Shown one piece after another: positions 28,019-44,724 of a DNA stretch of 54,126 bases. The notes below the pieces were generated by a model. That model had not been told where the DNA came from. It searched no databases and saw only the letters and a list, made by a program, of their open reading frames with translations. The translations under genes and the position numbers were made by a program. The DNA is from Atractiella rhizophila. Its lineage: Eukaryota. Location: the NCBI GenBank assembly GCA_021432655.1, contig MU271317.1, forward strand, positions 1-54,126, given 5' to 3'. Each line of letters opens with the position of its first letter. Within the stretch, counting starts at the first letter, position 1.

Positions 28019-29374
28019 TCAGAAATGACCGAAGATTGCGCGAGCCTGGTAAGGTTCCTCGATGCTATCCAACTAGTCAGCGGGATGATTTTCATAGGGA
28101 CAAAACACAAACCTTTTTATCTCTTCCTCTGTGAGCTCCACCTGTAAAGCATTCAAATAATCGTCAAGGGCGTCGACGTTAGTTGGCCCTACAGTGAGCA
28201 CGCGGTCGTATCAGCTCCTGTCCACAAACTGCAAGACTGAATCTCACCGACGACAGGTGCAGTGACCTTTGTGAAGGTCCAAGCGAGAGCAACGGCAGTC
28301 ATGGAAATACCCCTTTTCTTCGCAATGGTTTCCACGGCATCGATGATAGCTTTATCGGCAGCAGAGTATGTCGCTTTACCAAAGACGTCCACTTCGGCTC
28401 GCTTGCTCGCTTCCCGATCAGAGAAAGGACGACAGAGGTATCCTCCAGCCAATGGACGCCAGGGAAATGAACCCATTCCAAGCATCTGTACTGTTCTCAG
28501 CTCGCTTGATGAGGTTTGTAAAAAAGGGGCATGCCTTGAGTGTAGGCATCATTTCACGCTCCTCCTCCCTGTACAATGCCGAATAGTGGTTTTGAACGGC
28601 AATGAAAGGCGTCAAGTTGTTGTTCAGAGCATAATTTTGCATTGCTTGCAGCTGATATGCCCAACAAGAACCGCATGCGATATATCGGACCCAGCCTTTT
28701 TGACTGTCTTCCATTTGTTAATTTTCAAGAATGGGAAAGAACCAAAGGAACATTACACGACGTCATGTAAAGCCCTCATCGTTTCCGCAATCGGGGTGTC
28801 ATTATCGAAACGATGAATTTGCAGAACGTCGATGTAGTCGAGTTGTAAGCGTTGTAGACAGCTTTGCACCGCGGCGAAAATGTGTTTGCGGCTCAATCCC
28901 CATCGATTCACATATCCATTCGCGTCCAAAGTTCCCGCGAATAACATCGGAGCTGCTGTTTCTCCAGGCACGTCGTGAACTGGTGAATAAATCTTGGTTG
29001 ACACCACCACCTGACAAAGACATTCCCACTTGGCAACTTGGATAATGGGGAAACACTGACCTTTTCCCGTGGAATCTGGTGCTGCTTTAATGCCTTCCCG
29101 AGGTACTCCTCAGACAAACCAGACGAATACATGTCTGCCGTATCGAAGGTATTAATGCCCCGATCATAAGCAGCCTTGATCAAGGCAATCGATTCTTCCT
29201 CTCCCATTGCCCACGGGATAGAATTCTTCGAACCAAAGTTCATGCATCCCAGGATGATTTTGGAGACCTTCAATCCAGACTCTCCCAGTCGAACTACGTA
29301 TGCATTATTATCCGCTGAATGGATGAAATGAACTTCAGGAGGAAAAACGTACCATATTTCATAGTGGCGGCCAT
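28019..29374 (-). CDS. Aldo-keto reductase (aryl-alcohol dehydrogenase-like)
   Basis: [76 protein letters not shown]. Confidence 0.92.
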
Positions 29375-29433
29375 CTCTTTGACAATGTAATCGCGTTTGC
29401 TGATTCTGATTTTGGCATGAGCGTTTCCATCGA

Positions 29434-29443
29434 GCTTTTATAT
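29434..29443 (-). promoter_or_regulatory. TATA box of the AKR gene
   Basis: TATAAAAG on the minus strand about 60 nt upstream of the ATG. Confidence 0.55.
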
Positions 29444-30789
29444 CTCAGCTGGAGTCACATCCTTGCAGGTCCAAGTCTAAGGGCCAGCTGGCTCATCCGA
29501 GATGCCCGCCGCATTGGCAAACCGAATAGCGTCTCAAGCTGTACGGAGTGGAGCTTGGGCATCTCGGGGAACGGTAACAGGCAACCTCGGCTGTGGCTCG
29601 AGATCCTCATCGGGACGAATGGAATGCTGACTATTCTCTTTGAAGGTGTAAGAAACAACAAGAACGAGGAACAAGAACACAGTACAGATATTGTAGGGTT
29701 GGACTGATGTCTGGAAGGTTGAACCGAAGTATCATATCCTGCCCCGAGGAAAGGCGACGATATTCTGCTACCGATTCTCCGGCGAATGGCTGGCTATAAA
29801 ACACTGAAGTGCTGAGCTGATCTAGTACCATGGAAGAAAAAACTGCCCTGATTCATGTCAGAAAGAAGCCAAGTGTTTATCTGCCAGTAGCCAATCAATT
29901 ACACAAATAGCATACTAATACTGCGCAGGCTTGGAAACCCAAAGTAATAACTGCCTCCTATCTTTCTGGTTGGCACTTATTGCACATAAGCCACAAAGTA
30001 GATTCTATCCCCAAGAACCCTGAGTCAAGCGATAAGCGTTTGCTAAAGTTGGGCGAACTCCTACATATGGAAGTTTGATTCAACATTGACATCTTCTTGG
30101 ACAGGTACTCTCTTTATCAGAATAACAATAAATAGTTTAAGATTCAGGCGAGGGATACAATGGCCCTTTTTCATTTTCTTTCAATACCCGACGGCAGATA
30201 TAGTACGATGGCGAGTATAGACATGGGAGGATTGGTTTGCCAAACGCCTTGCAGCGATTACTTCTTCTGTTCCACAACCTCTAAGATATGAATTATCACT
30301 CAGCCAAGGCGTTATTGCTTTAGAGCGCTCAGATGCCACCGTCACAGCTGGTGGTCTGCTTGCGAACGCAGTTCCGAAGCTAGACTGGCCTGTTAAATCA
30401 TTCGGCCTACCAAGAATGCAGATTCATTCTCACTGGCACCAACTGTTGGCGTTGATGCCTTCCACTCGAACGAGAGCGCATACCTCAGCTAGCAAATGTT
30501 TCCTCCTAAACAGTATCACTCTTTTTTGCGCATAACTCTCAATGGCCCCATCTTGGGACAACCCTCCGTCCTCTGCCAATTCTCTCCTCATACCTCATAA
30601 ACAAAGTCATCAAAAGGTATCTTCCATAAAGGTATCTTTCCATTCGTTGTGGTGAGAATGAAGTAAGATGCGATTGAGTCACTACACGACACTAAGCTCG
30701 CTTCGCGTCCACTTCCTTTGAACGTCCATTTCTTTTTCACGCCTTTCTTTTCGTAACACCCAAAAAGCGATAAGCCACGTAATTTCAGC

Positions 30790-35267
<4,478 letters not shown>

Positions 35268-35490
35268 ATATTTCCTTTCATTGGATTCGCGTTTCTGTTC
35301 ATATTATCCTTTTCCGCTTGGTGCAATCAGCATGTCATGTCTGTTCATTCATAAGGATGCATGTGTGGAATTGAATACAGACTAGTAGCACAGATTGATG
35401 AACGGAAAGTGGAAAGATGTGACAGGTGAAGTGTCCATCCGTGGGTATCCCAAAAGCAAAAGTTTCCCTTCCCATTCACCGATTTAAAGA

Positions 35491-37350
35491 TCACAGAATT
35501 GACCTACCGACTCCCCAACTTCTTCCTCCAATCCGAAATGAATAGTCCCGCACCCTTAATCTTGCTCGTCATCCACGGCTGTTATCCTCGTCAGCTCTTC
35601 CTGCAAAAAAGGACACAAGAGCAAAGACGTACACCGACGGATACGCCAAACACCATCCCGCTGCCACCTTTGGGTCCGATTGTGACAGCCATGACGATCG
35701 GGCCCTCCTTCCACTCCTTCGGTCTGTTCCCTCCCATCCCAGTTCCTCCAGAAGAGAGGGAGATGCGTTGGAGGATGTTGTGTGCGACGATCGGTGCGTG
35801 TCTGGACCCATTCGCGTACGTTTTCAGTTCGGGCGTATCGCAGCTGTCGCACATGGAGTCATCAGCATTGAGAATTCAACATGGACAGGAAGAGATGGAG
35901 AGGAGAAGACAGAGGGAGACTCACGCGTCCCCGATCGCGTAGATGGCCTCGTTGACTCCGCTCAACTGCAACGAAGGCGAAACTTGCACCTTTCCGCTAG
36001 GTGTGATGCCAGCCGTACTTTTCGTCGAGTTCCCCAAGGTCCTTAACAGCTCCTTCGCCGAACCGGAAGGTCTGTTCCCTGTAGCAAGGAAAATAAAATC
36101 CGGTTTAATGTTCTCGCCCGCCCTAGTAGTGAAGGTCTTATCATGTACCGTGCCGGTCCGAAACCCCCTAACATCGACCTCTTCATTAAAGAGTAATCGG
36201 ATTCCCCGTTCTTGAAGTTGTCTCTGGAGGGAAGCAGCTAGGGCAGGTTTGTGGTCGAAGGCGGGCGAGAGAGAGGGAAGAGGAGGCGGAGATGAGTGTG
36301 AGACGTTTGGATGGGTGGTAGGACGACACTTCGCCAGCGAACTCGATCGCAACTGGACCGCCACCGATTATTAGGATGTGTTGAGCCGCTTGGATCTGAC
36401 GTTGCGTCTCGGCGAAGAGCGCTTTGATGCCTTCGATTGAAGGACAGGAGGGACAGGGACGACATGGGAAAGGGTAGGCTGCTCCCTGATCATACAAACG
36501 TCAGCATGGTCTATCAGTTCTTCAACACAGATAGTTGGAGTTAGCAAGTAGGTGGAAGATGGGATGAAGTTTTCGACAGGGTTAGAGTGACAAGATAGGT
36601 GCAACTTGGAATATGATTGGAGTGGAAAAGTCAAAGGGGAAGAAAAAAATAGACAGAGTAAACAAGTAACAAATGTTAAAATGAAGTAGGAACACTCACA
36701 GTAGCCAAAACCAACACATCCCACTCGATCCACTGTCCAAACTCAGCGTCGAACCCGCTGTCCATCATCTCCCTCGCCACCGCATTCGTCTGTCCGTACC
36801 TCTCCACCCTCACCCCCGTCCTCGTCACCTCCACCGCCTTCGTTCCGCTCAACAACACGTGAGGTAGACCTAGCCAGGATGGGGTTTTGGATTGGAGGGG
36901 GAAGAGGATGCGGTCTTCCCATGCTGGGACCTGTGTCACATCGACCATCCTTATTTTAGAACTTGAACTTGCATAGTCCTGTATGAAAGAAAGAATCGAA
37001 GGTATGCTCATCTGGTATGTAGTATGCATACGATCTCTCATGTGAAAAAAGAGGTCTCGCAATGTAGCAAGATAAAAAGATGAAAGAAAGTAGGAGGCGA
37101 TGGAGAAACGTACGACAGCAGCTCGCAAGGACCCAATGGGCCAAAAAGCATATTCGTTCTGTTCAACGACTACGATCCTATGCGTCGGCGGGAGCTTATT
37201 CTTGAGTGCATGTATGAGCTCGATGGACGAGGGACCGAGGCCTATGATGAGGATGTTGCGGTAAGACATCGGGAGGGAGGATTGGCGTTTGAGAGCGGTC
37301 GGCGGACGAGTGGGAGAGGTGGTCGATCGTCGTGGGAGGAAGGAGGACAT
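35491..37350 (-). CDS. AIF/AMID (FSP1)-like FAD-dependent oxidoreductase
   Basis: NILIIGLG, WDVLVLAT|G, ILIIGGGPVAIEFAGE, FLATGNRP, IYAIGDA, VTIGPKGG. Start is either 37350 or 37269. Confidence 0.85.
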
Positions 37351-37509
37351 GGTTTATTTTCCTATGTCGCACTTCAGCGTGTCATGTAGCAGTTGGTGTG
37401 AATGCACTTGAGCGTAATTTGAAATCGTTCCAGTTGTTCTAAAAGTGTGCATTACTCAGCGTGCTGGGCTTCCCAGAGGAAAAGAAGAATAGCTGCCTTT
37501 GCTGTAGCC

Positions 37510-37520
37510 TCCTTTATAAG
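37510..37520 (-). promoter_or_regulatory. TATA-like element upstream of the AIF-like gene
   Basis: TATAAAG on the minus strand about 160 nt upstream of the first ATG. Confidence 0.4.
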
Positions 37521-38456
37521 GCAGGCAGTCGTTCCACTTTGATGAGATCTGAGAATGTCAGAAATTGATGTTGACAGCTCGAACGGGGCAGGAGCGGAGG
37601 CTGGGTGAATGCTGTGCTGCACAGTTGATTGTACGAGGCGGATTGAGATGGAAAATAAGAAGAATTTGAAGAAGAATGAGGAAAATGTTGAGGGATATAG
37701 TGGATCTGAATCTAAAGAGTTTCAGTGATACGATGAGGGTGTGTTTGCATGCAGAAGATCAGGTCATGTATTAATCAAGTGAACACGAACCTCTGGAGTG
37801 TCTGCCTTACTAAATGGAGGGAATAACTCTGGGAATAACTGATGTCGAAGAAGGAGTTGAAGACAGAGTGAAGAAGAGAGACAAGTAAACAAATAGGAAA
37901 TCAAAGTTGGAGGAGATACTGGAAGTCCTTCCCGGTGCGGCTTCGGAGCATTCCGACTTTGAAATGTCCCTTGTCCACTTTTATTCGGCGCCACCGGCCA
38001 AATCAACCTCTCTCTTTCTTTGCGTCTTTTCAGCAACGATTGTCAGAATGGCCATACAGCATTTCAGATGTCAGGCGAGGCAGAGAGCCCTCCACCTCTG
38101 TTATTTAGATTCTGTAGTCTAACTCTCCTGCTGTGCATGTCAAGATACATTCAGTGCTCAGGACGGACACAGACAATGTCCTCCTTTTTGCCTAAAGACA
38201 GTCTAGACCGGAAAAACAGGTAGTTCGGAGGGACATTTTGGGTTTACCACTCGTGACATGAAAGCATTAATTTTACAGCTCGAAAGCGAGCTTTTTGTAT
38301 GTGCCGATCCCATCATACACCCTTCGTACGATCCTCGCCGTCAAATTAAGCCTCTCCTAACCGCTCTAACGATGTATGACAAGGACCACGACCGAAACGA
38401 ACATCACTAACCATCGTTTCTGATTTTTTCGTCCAGATGGGTCAGCAATGGATCGA

Positions 38457-39681
38457 TCACGATTCGTCGAGGATAACCAGGATTGCTGTGAGGACCTTGT
38501 TTTGTTTCTCCAACGCGGGAGGATCATTGGTCACGAAGAAGGTGGGCACGCCTAACTATATGCGGTTGGACTGAGCAAAGGCAACACAAACGTGAAGGGG
38601 ACCGTGGGAGAAGGGAGGGAGACGTACGCGTTCGAGTTCGGCTTGCTGACTTGATCGGAAGTCGTTCCATCTTGAAAGAAAGCGTAGGTCGCATTGGGTC
38701 ATCTATATTAGCGCTAGTTAGGTGAAATCACGATCAAGAATGAGTGGCAAGGTGCACCTTGTTAGATATGTTTGGACTTAAGAATCGGAGGCGTGGCTGT
38801 CAAAGATGGGAATGAAGTGTGGAGAGGACGTACTCTCCCCTTGAATTCAATTCGTTCCACAACCTGTTCCTCTCATCTATCATTTGCAATTCCAACGATT
38901 CTTGCTTCGACTTCATCTACGACATGCGCCGTGACCCAATCAGAGTTGGCCCAAAGGGGAACAGAGCTCGAGATCGCACTCACGTCTGCGATTTGATCCA
39001 TGAAACCTTCGTCCGCTGTCAAGGTGGAAATGACGGGTAAACTTTGGCCGAAAGTGAGGTGACGCACGTCCCTTCCCATGGGACCAGTGTTGGCGTCGAT
39101 GAGAGCATCCTCCGTTGGGGGAAGATCTGGAGATCTGGCAACTTGAAGCAGCTCCTCTTCGTCACCCCAGGAAGACACCTCATTCTCGCCACCACCAACC
39201 TGAGGCAGATCATCGAAAGTTGGCCTCAGCAAGGAGGAATCTGAAGCATGGGGGGATGAGAAAACGGTTGCGTCATGAATGTCATTGGGAAAATTCGACA
39301 ATTTGGGCGGCTTTCGAAGATCGGGCACATATTCTTCATCGTCACGTGTCGGTGGTGATTTTCGTTTCAAGCTCAACCTCTGATTCTCATCCACAGAGTT
39401 AACGTTGACCGTTTGTTGAGGTTGAGCTTGGATTTGGACCGGTTCGAGTCCTTTAAGAAGGGCGAATATCGCTTCTGGGCCTGTCCCACCCCCATTTCTC
39501 CCCTTTTCTGCATCCAAAGTTACGGCTGAAGAAGTTGCTTGTGGGTTTGAGGGCGGTCTGTGGGAGGCTGGATTGATGATGAAGGTACGTCTGCATTTGG
39601 AATCGATGAAGGATATCCTTCTTCCTCAGGCTGAGTGGAGCGCAGATGGCTTAATAAAGCCTGTAGCTCCTCGTTATTCAT
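38457..39681 (-). CDS. Hypothetical protein, DUF2458-like (5' junction unresolved)
   Basis: DVRHLTFGQSLPVIS...FMDQIAD|MKSKQESLELQM...LGVPTFFVT; putative start MNNEELQALLSHL at 39681. Confidence 0.55.
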
Positions 39682-40788
39682 TTTGGTCTCTCAGATTGTC
39701 CAAAGTGGCTGAAGCTTGGGAGAAGGGAAAGTGCATTAGCACCTGCACTTCTTTCGGTGACTTAGACACTTACCTGTTGTCATGCAATCAACCGTGCAGA
39801 AGTCATTCTCGTACCCCAGTACTATTTGCTCTGATTTGCTACTGTTGACGCAAGCCTTGCCCAACTGAGAAGCCTTAATGTCGTCGTTCGTTGCGGCTGG
39901 CAGTTGTCTTGGCGTAATAAACTTTGGGATTGTGCACGGACATGTCCGGCCGCCAATATTTTGAAGGACTGTCCCCAATCTGTGTCACCTGCATCTACCC
40001 ATCTACAAAGCTTGAGGCACATTGTCATGGCCTCCCTTTATTTATTTAAAGCCTGCTGCTTGGACCTACTCACTGCTGAGATCGCGCAGCATGAATTTCA
40101 AGCTGACTATCCACGGAATCGGAAGGGCTCTCGCTTCCACCACTCGAAAGCTGCTTTAAGATTGGGAACACGTCGTTATTTCATTCATCATCTCGGTGGT
40201 CGTCTGTGGACAACCCAGGGAATTATTCGAAATACAACTTGAAAAAGGTTCGTGAAAGCTCTATCGACGGTAATTCTTTTGATGACATTTGTTTGTTAGC
40301 AGATTTGTTGAATTTTGAAGAAACCAAGTCAAAGGACGTAATATTGAAGAGCCACTTAGACAATCAGAAGAAATTAGAAGATGCATGTTGATTGATTGAA
40401 ACGGGCTGTTGATTGAGATGATGAGTGTCAGGACCAAAAAAATAACTAGGATATAAAGCACGGAGAGGGGGAATCAGGGAATCAGGACCATTGATACGAC
40501 TTGACGGTGAGTGAGGGAAAAAAGTACAAGCTGGAAAGAATGGAGGCTGATGAAAACTGGTCAGTGGATTCGCTTTCGTTCGTCTCAGTAGGCTCGTCGA
40601 CAATCGTTCATTATTCTCGATTCGGATCTAGTCGTTCTCGCTTCGGATAGATATGGAGGTTGCGTGCACGTGGGACAGTGATCGGTTGGGTTAGAAGACG
40701 GATAGGGAACGGGTACGCAGGGAGAAAGTCGAAAAGACGTATAGGATTGTGAGTGTGATGTTGTTTCAGTGCTGAGCGATCGAGCGAT

Positions 40789-41724
40789 TTATTGTTCGGG
40801 AGGGAAGCGATAGTTGGCGAATTGACCTTGATTGGGGACAGGGTATTGTTGGTATCCTTGCTGATGGTAGCTTTGTTGCTGGTATCCTTGATCGGTTTGG
40901 TAGTAATCATAGTTCAAGCCTATGAGAATATGGTCAGCAATTTCTCTGGAAAGCGGACAAACCCATACTGTCGTGGTAGTCAACATCAGCCATGCCGTAC
41001 ATCCCGAAAGTGGAAGGATCGAGCGCATATTGAGGAATCGGCGGGCTCGAGAACTGCGAATGGCCCTGGGAAGCCCATTCCGCAGTGATCTTGTCGGCCA
41101 AGCTGGGTCGCCTTTCGAACGACATTCCCTCGTAGAAGCCTTCGGGACTGCCCTCTTCTTCCAAAGCGAAGAGAGCATTGCCCAATCGTGGATCTTTGGG
41201 CTTTTGCTTAGAGCCTCGGGGAGCAGGCTGATACTTGTAACCTTCACTCGGCCAGACAACGTCAACCCTTCTCTTCCTTCATGTTACCAAAGACGGGGAG
41301 GATCACGCACCAGGATTCTGCTCCCGATGTTCCAACTTCTTCAGCTCCGCCTGTTGCTCATACCACTTCCTCACTGCGTCGCTCTCGTTCTTCCATTGCT
41401 GAGCGATCATCTTCGAGAGCTCTCCTTGTCCACGATTCAAATCTGGACTTCGCACCCTCTTCAATTCTGCTATCGTGTCCGACCGATAGAGGATCCAGGC
41501 ATTGGGAGGTCGGGGAGTCTTCCTCCTGCTATCGACGGAGCTGTCAGATCCTATGGATCCGCTGCTGGAGAAAGAGGAACGGTCGGATGCTCCAGAGGTG
41601 TAGGTGTGGAATTGGGCTACCCCGGATTGAATTGATAAGTCGTCATTGTCCCTTCTTTCGGCACAGATCTACAGGTAATGAATCACTCACCCAGATACTC
41701 TTCAGTCATATATCTACCCGCCAT
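40789..41724 (-). CDS. HMG-box transcription factor (MATA_HMG/SOX-TCF type)
   Basis: Manual translation: RRKTPRPPNAWILYRSD...LSKMIAQQWKNESDAVRKWYEQQAELKKLEHREQNP|GYKYQP (box about 41311-41520), then a Q/Y-rich C-terminus. Three introns. Confidence 0.88.
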
Positions 41725-44724
41725 TTCTTGAAATTCGAGCACCTTTCTGATGGTATCTCAATTCAAGAACTTTTTTGTGTTTGGGCAAAGGAGCTGTCAG
41801 AGGCAACGAAGCTTTTATAGATCAGGGCACTTACCAGAACCAAATAGGTCCGGAGAATTCCTTCGACTTTAGGATTCGACGAGGTCTGGGTCAAATATTT
41901 GAATTTGCTCGCAATCGCTAGTCAATATTGGTGGCACACTCGAGAAGCAGACAGTTGGCAGCTTGCTCGAAGATTTGTGCGTGCTTTTTATTGTTGAGCT
42001 CGTGTCAAGTGCTTTCACCCGCTCGAGATCGGATCTGAGACAATGTCGATTTGGTCTTGTAGTTGTTTGGCTTGCTCACTTTCCACTCACTTCATGGCTC
42101 GCTCTTGTATTATATGTGTCTTTATCGACCCCCAATTATCGCCAAAGCAGTGAGGCAGATTCTCGTCCAATTCTGTTGGCATCGTTTCACGAAAGGGTCA
42201 GGCCCAAAACCTTAAACGCGTTGTATGATTCAAGGTTAGTTGCAGCTTCCTTTGCTGCGTATTGAACAGGACAAAAGGACCGATTGAATTCAATATGCTG
42301 CGGTGGAACTCAAGAGTCAGATTACCCCAGATTGGGGATGGACAACCTTGAAGCAGGACGTTAATTTTTCTGTCATTCTCGAACCTTTCTTTCGAGCTCC
42401 AGACTTCTGCTCGCCTGGAAGCAAACTACTAGAAACCTCTTACGGGCGCTTTCCTGGCCTAGAGCTTTATCTGATTGGAGAGGCGGAGCACCAGCTGCAT
42501 CTGGTCTCATCTCCGAAATCGCAATTGCTCGCCCAAGCAGGATGCGGACATGCCTGTGGAAAAGATAAATGAGGCTCCATCTGCTATCAGTTGGCGATCG
42601 CTTCAGTCGGCTGAAACTGCCTCATTGCTCCTTACGCCGCTATCTCCTCTTCATCTTCCTTGCTTCAGTTGTGCGTGTTCAGATGATGGCCTGTCACTTG
42701 AGTTTGGAAAGCAGATGTCGTCGTCTACGCCAACAAACGTCAGAAGACCGGCGTTTTGAGCTGTGGGATCTGAAGCACAGCCAGTCAGCTGAGGCCGCGC
42801 GAGGCTTTGTTTGCAGATGGGGCAGATAACGGCGTGGGGAGCAGTACAAGGTACACTCCTTCCCGATTATTCCAAACAAAGAGCCTGTGTTTTCAGGCCC
42901 TGAAGAGATCCAGGTTGTAATCGATAACAGACGAACGTCTGCTGATATGTGCCAAACAAAAGATGGTATCACCATTAGATGCTGACTTGCGGAACTCAAC
43001 CAGCTAAGCTGGAGTTAGTTGGTCTCGGGATCGTCCAGCCTGGCTTTTGCAAACATTTTGTGATCGCGCCGTCGCCCAACCTCTTCGTTCACGGACAACA
43101 TCCAAGAGGTCTTGTGAGAGATATTTGATAAATTCCAACGATGAGTGAAAGAGCCCGCGAAGATTCATGCTTCCTTCCATTGCTGTTCGACTCTCTTTAC
43201 AGGTCAGAGCACAGGTCCTGGGGTTTCTTGTAAGCTGAAAAACAGTGAGAGCGCACAAAAGAGAGGGAATCCTCCCCATCTTTGGTGGCGATTCTTTCCG
43301 CGACTTTCTTCTTGCAAACACCAACAGATAGCTTAGGTTGCGAAGCCTCATGCCCAGATCCCGAAGGAACAAGTCTTGGTCTTCTGAGATACAGATTTGG
43401 GCTCCGATTAGAAGGTATCCAACAATTTTTCACAAAAGATCATGTCGTAGCGGTGCCGACAAGTCGACGGCAAAGTTCGCAGAAAATCCCATCTTTCTTT
43501 CTAATTGAAGTCGCCCAACGTGTTCTACAACAGGAGATGATAGAAGTTATCAAATAATCTGCGTATCCTCGTCGGTATCCGTCTAGCTGGAGGATGGAAC
43601 TTGCGGGATGGCGCAAGCTCGACCCCGTTGGGCAAATTGCGAAGGAAGGTGAGCTGACCAACTCAAATTCAGCCCTTCGTCACTGTCTTCACATTTTTTA
43701 CAGCAATTCAGGCGCGTATTAGCGTTTGCTAGCACAAGTTCACATGAAAGCATAGGAAGGATAAGAAGACAATTTCACACTCCATCTTTTGCTTTCAGCC
43801 TATCGGTCCACACTTTGCCGCTTTACCAACTCAGGAACTTGTATCAAGGGACCTGGGCCGAACTCATCATCATTATTGTACCATTTGTCTCTGGGTGTAT
43901 AGGTCCTTCAAGGATTGTCATATCACGTGATCTTAAAGTACAACCACGAATTGGCGCTTCGCTTCGGAGAGAAGGCTAGAGAGAAGCCTCGATCCTACAT
44001 AGTAAGGCCATCCAATCCCAAATATCAGCAAAGACCCAGTAGATATGTGGCCTGTCGCCAACGGGCGCCATTGGATTGCAAGATTGCTTCTACATCAGTT
44101 GAAACTGCAGCTGCATTTGAATGTAGTATCGGCAGGACGATAATGTTTCCCGTTTAAATGTAGTTAACAAGAGATATGTGATGTATAAAAATAATTCCTC
44201 TGTACTCTGCACTCAGAGAAGCATTTATGGTCGTACTGTAGCGTCAAACCAACAAATTCGGACAGCAAAGCTCTAATAGAGAGCTCACATGGATTACATC
44301 CACCCTTAGCTCAACTTCACTGGCATCACCTACTTCCCTGACTTATGCCTCTGTGCTCTCTGGCTGGCATGGTGCTGCTGCGGGACTTTCCATTGTTACG
44401 CTAGAAAAGGCAAGCGCCGCCAATGCACCTGCTCATGTGCACTTCACGACCACCACTTCACCTTCCCTACAGCGTTGTCCTGTCTGGCCCCAGCATCTCC
44501 AAACCGCCCAATACCAGTCTTACACTGCGCGGCAACACCAGGCGACAAATTCTGGTGAAAATTTCACAAGAAGACGGTCAATTCCCATCAAGAACTCCAC
44601 TCGGCAGGTCGCCTTGATTCTACGCGCATTCGTCTCTTTTCATCTCTGCTACGACCTACAAACCCTTCCTCTTGTGTAATCAGGCCTCTAGGGTGCGCAA
44701 AACATCCCTGTCAAAAAGCTAGAA

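Noticed and set aside
39736..40400. Short ORFs on both strands (e.g. 40206-40391 +, 39736-39978 -)
   Set aside because: I could not build a consistent spliced model or recognise a domain; a small orphan gene cannot be excluded.
40922..41820. Plus-strand 237-aa and 179-aa ORFs
   Set aside because: Antisense to the HMG-box gene, with no recognisable domain.
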